From NCBI GenBank assembly GCA_018304425.1, contig JAGVWE010000004.1:32001-96000 (forward strand): a DNA stretch of 64,000 bases, read 5' to 3'. This document shows positions 57,337 through 64,000 of this stretch, piece after piece. The notes under the pieces are model-generated. The model saw only the letters and a list, made by a program, of their open reading frames with translations. It had not been told where the DNA came from and searched no databases. Positions within the stretch are counted from its first letter, which is position 1; each line of letters begins with the position of its first letter. This DNA is from Candidatus Iainarchaeum sp. GTDB lineage: Archaea > Iainarchaeota > Iainarchaeia > Iainarchaeales > UBA10219. The position numbers and the translations under genes are program-made.

Positions 57337-58119
57337 TCATCTTTCCATGCTGAACCGGGGCCTGAACTCTCTCGGACCCCGTCGCTCCCTGGGGCCCCCG
57401 CGGCCAAGCCTTCCGCCTCGCCCGCGGCCGCCCTTTCCCCCGCCCAAGCCATAGTCTTCTTCTTCGACTTCGCCTTCCTTCATCTTGTACTCGAAGTCTT
57501 CCACGCTCTTCGTGAACTCGGCGTCCGAGGAAATGGAGCCATTCGCCTTCAAGAACTCGCGGGCCAGCAACCAATAAGCCAGGGCCAGGGATTTCCTGCC
57601 CTTGTTATTGATCGGGATGACCAGGTCCACGTTCTTCGTCGAATTATTCGTCGAACACAAGGCAAGGACCGGAATCCGCACGACCTTCGCTTCCGCAATG
57701 GCCTGGTAATCCGGCTCGGGCTCGGTGACGATTACGGCCTTAGCCTCCACGAACCGCTTCGCTGCCGGGTTCGTGAGGGTGCCGGGCACAAACCTTCCGA
57801 CAATGCAGGTGCCGCCAATGGCTTCCGCGAACGCCTTGGCCGGAGTCTGCCCATACAATTTCCGCGATACCGCGACCACGTTCTTCGCGGGAAACTGCGC
57901 CAAGAACCTGGCCGCAATGGCCAGCCGCTGGTCCAGGGTCTCGATGTTCAGCACTTTCAAGCCGTCCTTCCGCACCTTGTAAATGTATTTCCGCATCTCG
58001 CCGGACTTGAACTTGGTGCCAATGTGCGCGCCCGTCTTCAAGTACTTTTCCTGCTCCAAGAGCACGGTATTCGAGCCGCTTTCCTGTTCCTCTGCCGCCG
58101 TTTCCGTGACTTCAGCCAT
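57337..58119 (-). CDS. rps2: 30S ribosomal protein S2
   Basis: GAHIGTK, GRFVPGTLTNP, IPINNKG; Gly/Arg-rich tail. Confidence 0.95.
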   Translation of the reverse strand: MAEVTETAAEEQESGSNTVLLEQEKYLKTGAHIGTKFKSGEMRKYIYKVRKDGLKVLNIETLDQRLAIAARFLAQFPAKNVVAVSRKLYGQTPAKAFAEAIGGTCIVGRFVPGTLTNPAAKRFVEAKAVIVTEPEPDYQAIAEAKVVRIPVLALCSTNNSTKNVDLVIPINNKGRKSLALAYWLLAREFLKANGSISSDAEFTKSVEDFEYKMKEGEVEEEDYGLGGGKGGRGRGGRLGRGGPRERRGPREFRPRFSMER

Positions 58120-58138
58120 TCCTTCACCAATCCATTGC

Positions 58139-58333
58139 TTACGCGTTAAACCGCATGATGTCGTCAATCAATTCCACGTGGGAGAAGAGGGTGCGCCTGC
58201 AGCAATACCTTTCCACGCCCAACTCGGTCAAGGCCTTCTCGGGGTTCTCCTTCTTCTCCACCCGCTTCATGAACTCCTCGTACTGCGAGCCAATGACTTT
58301 CCCGCAACTGAAACACCTTACCGGTACAATCAT
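58139..58333 (-). CDS. rpoN: RNA polymerase subunit Rpo10 (N)
   Basis: PVRCFSCGK...RYCCRR. Confidence 0.96.
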   Translation of the reverse strand: MIVPVRCFSCGKVIGSQYEEFMKRVEKKENPEKALTELGVERYCCRRTLFSHVELIDDIMRFNA

Positions 58334-58347
58334 GCATTACACCTCGC

Positions 58348-58902
58348 TTATCTCTTGCTCTTCTGCTTCTTTCTCCTGGCCTTGGGGCCCAACGGCTTCT
58401 TGGGTTCCACCCTCCGGGTGTCGTCCACCAGCAGCATCCGGTCATACTTCAGGAAAGCGTTCTTCAACTTGTCGTTCTGCGTGTACTCGACGAGCGCCTT
58501 CGCGATGGCCGCACGCGCCGACACCGCCTGGCTCATGAAGCCCCCGCCATGCACGTTGACCTCAATGTCGACCTCGGCGGCCATGGGCCCGGCCAAAACC
58601 ACGGGCTCCTTTACGAGGCGCTTGACCAGCAATGGCTCAATGAGCTCGGCGTTCCGCTTGTTGATGCGGATGACCCCGGAACCCTTCCGGATGGTGGCCC
58701 GCGCAACCGCCTCCTTCTTCTTGGCCTTCACCAGGATGCCCTTCCGCTTGGCCCGCTTCTTCTTCGGCTTGACCTGAACTGCCGGCGAAACCACCTGCGG
58801 CTGGGGCCTCGCCTCCACGGGCTTGGCTTCAACCGTTTCCGGCTTCTCCGCCACGGTTTCCTGCTTGACTTCCGCTACCTGCACAACCGTTTCGTCCGCC
58901 AT
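58348..58902 (-). CDS. rps9: 30S ribosomal protein S9
   Basis: AVARA, GGGFMSQA, C-terminal QKSKR. Confidence 0.94.
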   Translation of the reverse strand: MADETVVQVAEVKQETVAEKPETVEAKPVEARPQPQVVSPAVQVKPKKKRAKRKGILVKAKKKEAVARATIRKGSGVIRINKRNAELIEPLLVKRLVKEPVVLAGPMAAEVDIEVNVHGGGFMSQAVSARAAIAKALVEYTQNDKLKNAFLKYDRMLLVDDTRRVEPKKPLGPKARRKKQKSKR

Positions 58903-58904
58903 TC

Positions 58905-59360
58905 TTACACCCCGTTCCCGTCGGCCTTCTGCAGGGAGCCAGTAGCCTTCACTCCATACGTCGCGCTAATGTCTTCCACCAGCACGAACTTCGCCGACCG
59001 GTTCTTCGCAACCGCGAGGGCCTCGGCCTTCGCGTTGTCCGGGTTCCCCACGAAAACCTTCAACTTCTTGAACGCCTGCTTCCCCGTATCCCGTTTGTAG
59101 GGCAGCATGCCCCGCACGGCAAACGAGACAATCCGGTCCGCGTGCCGCTGGAACTTGGGCCCCTTCTTGTAGGGGTTCGCCTTGATGTTGGCGTGGTATC
59201 GCCGGAAATACTTTTCCAGGATTTGCACCCGGTTGCCGGTAATCACGGCCTTCTCCGCGTTCACGATTTCAATCAACTCGCCCTTGAGCAGCCGCTGCGC
59301 CACTGCGGAAGCCATCCGCCCCAACACCAAGCCGCTCGCGTCAATGACCGTCATAACCAT
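58905..59360 (-). CDS. rpl13: 50S ribosomal protein L13
   Basis: IDASGLVLGRMAS, VRGMLP. Confidence 0.95.
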   Translation of the reverse strand: MVMTVIDASGLVLGRMASAVAQRLLKGELIEIVNAEKAVITGNRVQILEKYFRRYHANIKANPYKKGPKFQRHADRIVSFAVRGMLPYKRDTGKQAFKKLKVFVGNPDNAKAEALAVAKNRSAKFVLVEDISATYGVKATGSLQKADGNGV

Positions 59361-59366
59361 CCAACC

Positions 59367-59735
59367 CTATCCCACAATCACGCACTCCGATGCCTTGGGC
59401 TTTGCCTCCAGCAACTCATTCAAGGACATGGCCCTGCCCTTGGCCGCCCGGATCTTCTCCAAGGCATTCCCCGAAAACGCGAAAGCCGCGACCTCCAGCT
59501 TGCCGTCCACCTCTCCCGCCGACAACACCTTGCCAGGCACCACCAGCACCGCGTTCTTGTGCTTCTGCCCCAGCTTCGAGAGCTTCCACAGGTTGACCTG
59601 CTTGGCCATGCGCCGCGGCTTGGCCAGCGTCTCCGCTAAGTCAAACCAAAGCCCCTGCTTGGACTTCTTGCCCATCTTCTCCAAGGCCACAATCAATTTC
59701 CTCGTTGCATCCTTGGTTGGACCCGTTGCTTTCAT
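59367..59735 (-). CDS. rpl18e: 50S ribosomal protein L18e
   Basis: VNLWKL, VVPGKVL, AAFAFS. Confidence 0.93.
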   Translation of the reverse strand: MKATGPTKDATRKLIVALEKMGKKSKQGLWFDLAETLAKPRRMAKQVNLWKLSKLGQKHKNAVLVVPGKVLSAGEVDGKLEVAAFAFSGNALEKIRAAKGRAMSLNELLEAKPKASECVIVG

Positions 59736-59823
59736 TGTTTTATCACCGTTATTTTTGAGTCCCGGTGGGACATTTTTTCACCATCATTTCCGTATTCTTT
59801 TTCCACGCCGACTCCTCGCTTAA

Positions 59824-59955
<132 letters not shown>

Positions 59956-60091
59956 AACTGCCGAAGCGTCAGTTGACACCGCATACGTCGTCCCGTTTCG
60001 CCTGAGAGGCTCAACGGGACATAAATATGCCGTCAACCGTTCCCGCCGCATTACCATTGCATGAAAGGGCTTTAATTGCTTGCCATTCCTC

Positions 60092-60847
60092 CTATAACTC
60101 CTTCACCTGCTTCTTGAACTCCTTGGTCTTCTCCGCCAAGGCATCCAGGGCGGCTTCCACTATTTCCTTGGCTTCCAGGCCGCCAAACGACTCCAGGTTC
60201 AACACGTAAGCGTTCTCGTCGTACTCGATTTCCACCGCGCCCGGGGGGGCGATGTCCCTCGCCTTGGACACCAGGTCCAGGTTGAGGCTCGAGGAATCCT
60301 TGACGGTAAGCTTTCCCGCCTTCAACTCGAACTGGCCCGGAGCCGCGTCCAACAACTTGTTCGGGTTGTCGATGTGCTTCATGTCAAACGAGACCTTGGC
60401 CAGTTGCGAGTAACCAACGATGCCGGGCTGCCACTTGACGTGTTCCTTCCCGAACCCCATGACGGCATCCATTTCAATCTTGACCTTCTGGCCCTTCGCC
60501 AGCTTCACCAACGGGATGTGCTTGTCCACGACTTCCACCTTCGGGTCGGTGGACTGCACGTCCCTCGAATAAACGGTGGCCGGGCCCTCCTTTTCAAGCA
60601 TCATGATCACTTTTTCGCCGGCCTTGTACGCCTTGAGGTCCGTCTTCAACGGCAGCATGCCCAGCCTATGCGCCAGCATCTCGTCAAACATGACCGAAGA
60701 ATTCTCGTAAATCCGCACGTCCTCCACCGCGAACACCGGCACGGAGTTCATGATGGCCCGCCGCACGCCGTTCATGAAAGTGGCATCCACGCCCTTCACC
60801 AGCAACTGCACGGAATTCCCCTTTTCAGCCAGCTTCTTGACATCCAT
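60092..60847 (-). CDS. rpoD: RNA polymerase subunit Rpo3 (D)
   Basis: NGVRRAIM..VP, NSSVMFDEMLAHRLGMLP, GKEHVKWQP. Confidence 0.95.
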   Translation of the reverse strand: MDVKKLAEKGNSVQLLVKGVDATFMNGVRRAIMNSVPVFAVEDVRIYENSSVMFDEMLAHRLGMLPLKTDLKAYKAGEKVIMMLEKEGPATVYSRDVQSTDPKVEVVDKHIPLVKLAKGQKVKIEMDAVMGFGKEHVKWQPGIVGYSQLAKVSFDMKHIDNPNKLLDAAPGQFELKAGKLTVKDSSSLNLDLVSKARDIAPPGAVEIEYDENAYVLNLESFGGLEAKEIVEAALDALAEKTKEFKKQVKEL

Positions 60848-60866
60848 GTTCACACGCTCCAAGGCC

Positions 60867-61250
60867 TCACTTCTTGCTCCGGTGCTTCTTTTTCTTCCTG
60901 CAACCATCATGCGGCAACGGCGTCACGTTCTCAATGGACCGGATCCTCAACCCGTTCCTCGTCAGCGAGCGGATGGCGGCCTCGGCTCCCGCGCCCGGCG
61001 CCTTGGGCTTGATGCCGCCCTGGCCCCGCACCCGCACATGGACATCCGTTATGTCCTTTTCCCGGGCCTTGCCCGCCACTACCTCCGCGACCTTCATGGC
61101 CGCGTAAGGCGTTCCCTCCTTGTGCTGGGCCTGCACGACGATGCCGCCCGAGCACTTGGCGATGGTCTCCGAACCCGTTATGTCCGTAAGCAAAATAATG
61201 GTGTTGTTGTGCGATGCAAAAATGTGGACTACGCCGGTCTTTCCCATCAC
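60867..61250 (-). CDS. rps11: 30S ribosomal protein S11
   Basis: HIFASHNNT, TPYAA, VTPLPHDGC. Confidence 0.96.
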   Translation of the reverse strand: MMGKTGVVHIFASHNNTIILLTDITGSETIAKCSGGIVVQAQHKEGTPYAAMKVAEVVAGKAREKDITDVHVRVRGQGGIKPKAPGAGAEAAIRSLTRNGLRIRSIENVTPLPHDGCRKKKKHRSKK

Positions 61251-61924
61251 TGCTCACCCTCCGCCTTTTCCGGGGCCTTCCCGGCATCGGCTTCCGCCAG
61301 TTGTTCCTTGACCCGGGCTTCCCGGGCCTTCAAGAACCCGGCACCGCTCTCGCCGGCGGCAACCGCTTCCCCGCCTCCAAGGCCGGCAGCGGCCTCGAAT
61401 TCCGCTTTCAAGCTGCCCTTCTTCTCGGGCTTCGGGGGCTCGAGTTCAGGGGGTTCGCCGTAATACCCCAGGTGAGCTTCCTCGTCCCTGGACACCAGGT
61501 AACCCGGAATGTTGACCCGCTTTCCCTTCACCGCAATGTGGCCGTGCACGATGAACTGCCTGGCCTGATTAATGGTCTTGGCCAGGTTCTTCCGCCACAC
61601 CATGGACTGCAGCCTTCGCTCCAGGATTTCCTCCAACGAAAGCCCCAGGATGTCATCCACCGTGCCCTCGCTCTTCAACAAACCCATCCGCGCGATGCTG
61701 GCCAGCAACTCCTTTTCCCGCACGGCCCGGGTCTCCAACGGCATGCCGAGCAGGGCCCGGGCGTTCTTACGCTTGTCCCTCAAAATCCGCTCCAGCATCC
61801 GGATTTCCCGCTTGTTCTTCAACCCATACAGGCTGAGAATCTTGCGTTCCCGCTCCAGCATGCCCTTGTCCCACGGTCTCCGCGGACTGTCATACTGCTT
61901 CCTTGACTTCTTTGGGTCACCCAT
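61247..61924 (-). CDS. rps4: 30S ribosomal protein S4
   Basis: MGDPKK, YGLKNKRE, LERRLQ, ARQFIVHGHI. Confidence 0.96.
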   Translation of the reverse strand: MGDPKKSRKQYDSPRRPWDKGMLERERKILSLYGLKNKREIRMLERILRDKRKNARALLGMPLETRAVREKELLASIARMGLLKSEGTVDDILGLSLEEILERRLQSMVWRKNLAKTINQARQFIVHGHIAVKGKRVNIPGYLVSRDEEAHLGYYGEPPELEPPKPEKKGSLKAEFEAAAGLGGGEAVAAGESGAGFLKAREARVKEQLAEADAGKAPEKAEGEQ

Positions 61925-61941
61925 TCAAAACACCGCGCACC

Positions 61942-62619
61942 CTACTTTTTCTTCTCCTCTTTCTTTGCCACCGGCGTGCCCGCTGCCGTTGCAGGCCCTG
62001 CCTTGGCCGGCGCCGCGGCCGCCTTGGCGTCCTTCTTCAGCACGCCGACCACCGGGCCCTTGCCCCTATGCGTGGACCGCGTCCGCTGGCCGCGCACCGG
62101 CAGGCCCCACACGTGCCTCAAGCCCTTGTAAGACTTTATTTCGCTCATGAGCTGCAGGTCCTTCCTCAGCGTGAACTCCAGGTCCGTCATCACAATGTGG
62201 GAGTCCTTCCCAGTAAACAAATCCTTTCGCCGGTTGAACGCCCACACGGGCACGCCGTGATTCTGGGGATGCAACACAATGTCTTCCAGCATGGCGTCCT
62301 TGTCTTCCGGCATCTTTCCAAGCAGAACCGAGGCGTTTACGCCCGAAACAGCGTGGAACTTGTCAGCCATCATTTTCGCCATCCGAATGCCAATGCCCCG
62401 GATGCCCTGCAAGGCCCGTTCCACGGGCAGGCTGCCATCCAAGTCCTTTGCCGCAATCCGGACAATGTACCGGATGTCCGCGTGCCCCTCCTTTTCATCG
62501 TGAATCTTTGGGCCAGCGGCCTTGGCCGCTTTATGACCGTCCACGTGCTTGGCGCCTTCCTTTCCGTGGCCTTCCCTTGCCTGTTCCTTGTCCGCGTGCT
62601 TTTCCTTTTCTTTCGCCAT
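61942..62619 (-). CDS. rps13: 30S ribosomal protein S13
   Basis: IRGIG, NRRKD, YKGLRH..GLPVRGQRT. Confidence 0.96.
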   Translation of the reverse strand: MAKEKEKHADKEQAREGHGKEGAKHVDGHKAAKAAGPKIHDEKEGHADIRYIVRIAAKDLDGSLPVERALQGIRGIGIRMAKMMADKFHAVSGVNASVLLGKMPEDKDAMLEDIVLHPQNHGVPVWAFNRRKDLFTGKDSHIVMTDLEFTLRKDLQLMSEIKSYKGLRHVWGLPVRGQRTRSTHRGKGPVVGVLKKDAKAAAAPAKAGPATAAGTPVAKKEEKKK

Positions 62620-62622
62620 GCT

Positions 62623-62859
62623 TCATCCCTTTTTCGGTTTTGGTTTCTTTTCCACTTTCGCTTTTCCCTTGAAGGCGAACTCGCTTGCCTTCGCCTTTTC
62701 CGGGGTAAGCAACAAATGCAGGGGGTTCACTTTCCTCCTTCGGACATGCGGGCCCTCAATGACCACGCCGCCCTTGCCGGCCTCGACGATGACCGCCTTT
62801 CGCCCGGCCTCCCGGCCCCGCAGCTTAACGCAAACCCTTCCAGTTTCCAGTGCCGGCAT
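62623..62859 (-). CDS. rpl14e: 50S ribosomal protein L14e
   Basis: GRVCVKLRGREAG, RRKVNPLHL. Confidence 0.92.
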   Translation of the reverse strand: MPALETGRVCVKLRGREAGRKAVIVEAGKGGVVIEGPHVRRRKVNPLHLLLTPEKAKASEFAFKGKAKVEKKPKPKKG

Positions 62860-62870
62860 GTTTTATCCCT

Positions 62871-63221
62871 TCACTCCACCCTTGCCATGGCTTCCAACAC
62901 GAAGGGCTTCAAAGACAATTCAACCGCTTCCGCGGCCTTGAACCCCGACTTCACTTTCGCGGCCTCTTCGACCGCCGTGGCCCTGCACCGGGTGCACAGC
63001 TTGCCAGCGAACAAAGCGCTCGGCCTCCGCTGGCTCCTGCTCAACGCCCGCGTGCCCGCAACGCCCTTCGAGTGCGGCACGCCATGCAGCAACCCGCCGC
63101 AGTACGCGCAATGATGCCGGCCGGACTTGCCCCTGATATACGTTACGCGGGCCGCCCCGCCCGGGCTCCGGTAAAACTTTTTCTTCGACGTCCTTTCATG
63201 TGGCACCGGCATAAACTTCAC
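62871..63221 (-). CDS. rpl34e: 50S ribosomal protein L34e
   Basis: RSPGG, CAYCG..LHGV, RPS....LCTRC. Confidence 0.9.
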   Translation of the reverse strand: MKFMPVPHERTSKKKFYRSPGGAARVTYIRGKSGRHHCAYCGGLLHGVPHSKGVAGTRALSRSQRRPSALFAGKLCTRCRATAVEEAAKVKSGFKAAEAVELSLKPFVLEAMARVE

Positions 63222-63225
63222 ACCA

Positions 63226-63702
63226 TCATTTTTTCTTCAACACTTTTTCGCGCAAGCCCAGGGCCGCGTTCAACGCCAGGCTTGTGACCAGCGAGCACAG
63301 CACGTACCAGCCAATCCAGTTGGTTTCCGAGTAAAGCTTCACCGACCAGTTTTCCCCAAACCACGGAATGGGGAACGGCAACTGGATGACGGCCGCCTTG
63401 TAGGCTTCCCCAAGGAACCAAAACAAGGGAATAATGAACAGCATCGAGAACATCATCATCCTCGTGGAACCCTTCATCATCTTTCCCATTTCCTCCATCA
63501 ACTCTTTTTCAAGCGCCTCCAACTCATTCTTCGACTTTGCATCGCTCTTGTTCGCCAATTCCTTCATTCTTTCCTGGTGTTTCTTGATTTTTTCCTGCCG
63601 CTGCTTGGTTTCCTCCTTCGGCATCACCTTCCGCTGCACGAAGTTGGACGCGAGGGAAACACCCACCGCAGCCAAGGCAAGGTCCACCTGGGGATCAAAC
63701 AC
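63226..63702 (-). CDS. DUF106 / EMC3-TMCO1 (Oxa1 superfamily) membrane protein
   Basis: TM-coiled coil-TM-TM layout, WIGWYVLCS; conserved position after secY. Confidence 0.85.
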   Translation of the reverse strand: MFDPQVDLALAAVGVSLASNFVQRKVMPKEETKQRQEKIKKHQERMKELANKSDAKSKNELEALEKELMEEMGKMMKGSTRMMMFSMLFIIPLFWFLGEAYKAAVIQLPFPIPWFGENWSVKLYSETNWIGWYVLCSLVTSLALNAALGLREKVLKKK

Positions 63703-63827
63703 CCTGAAAACCCCCAAAAACCGGCCAAACGGCGCTTAAAGCAGGGAATCCTGTAGTATACTGCCATGGCAACCTATTTAAACCATTCCTCGTCGCCTTC
63801 CAAACCGCCTTGTATTGCTTCATACCC

Positions 63828-64000
63828 TCAACCCTGTCCAAACAGTTTTCCCAGCAGGGGATGCATTTCCATCAACTGCAGCCGAGCCAGTTCCTCGTAC
63901 AGCCGGTACACGATTCCCACCGTCAACAATATCCCGGTGCCCGACCCCAGTGCCCCGGTCAAGTCAGCGAAACCCGACAACAAGCCCACGAACGCCGAGC
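63828..64000 (-). CDS. secY: Preprotein translocase SecY, C-terminal fragment
   Basis: Manual translation ...[28 protein letters not shown]...MHPLL. Confidence 0.92.
   Translation of the reverse strand, partial: SAFVGLLSGFADLTGALGSGTGILLTVGIVYRLYEELARLQLMEMHPLLGKLFGQG

Noticed and set aside
63698-63823. About 42-codon minus-strand ORF between secY and the DUF106 gene
   Set aside because: No recognisable motif; the region contains TTTAAATA and is better explained as a promoter.

Overview
Archaeal chromosomal segment of roughly 60% GC. Gene content and order (PolD DP1/DP2, Cdc6, Hel308, aIF2-gamma, aIF5B, archaeal r-proteins, CarS, bacterial-type GrpE-DnaK-DnaJ, SecDF) suggest a DPANN lineage, plausibly Iainarchaeota/Diapherotrites (inference). 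Most of the window is housekeeping: replication, secretion, KEOPS, aminoacyl-tRNA synthetases, and a long minus-strand translation/transcription supercluster with an intron-containing tRNA-Leu(UAA). The most interesting signal is a dispersed set of about 8 orphan genes placed singly between core genes. They have Arg/Lys-rich, acid-poor, non-hydrophobic N-termini, and six have their own leaderless-type TATA box. Two of them carry bacterial sigma-70-like sequence (one sigma2/sigma3.2/sigma4, one sigma4 only), although archaeal RNA polymerase uses no sigma factor; they are candidates for an exported-effector system. Other notable items: an unassigned ~180-nt structured element upstream of valS, an array of short-loop hairpins after a putative ssDNA-binding gene, a large repeat surface protein with a Cys-rich HD tip, a Spy/CpxP-like gene with phased GAAAC repeats, and a possible Pcc1 remnant. 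All assignments are from motif recognition by eye; no searches were run.
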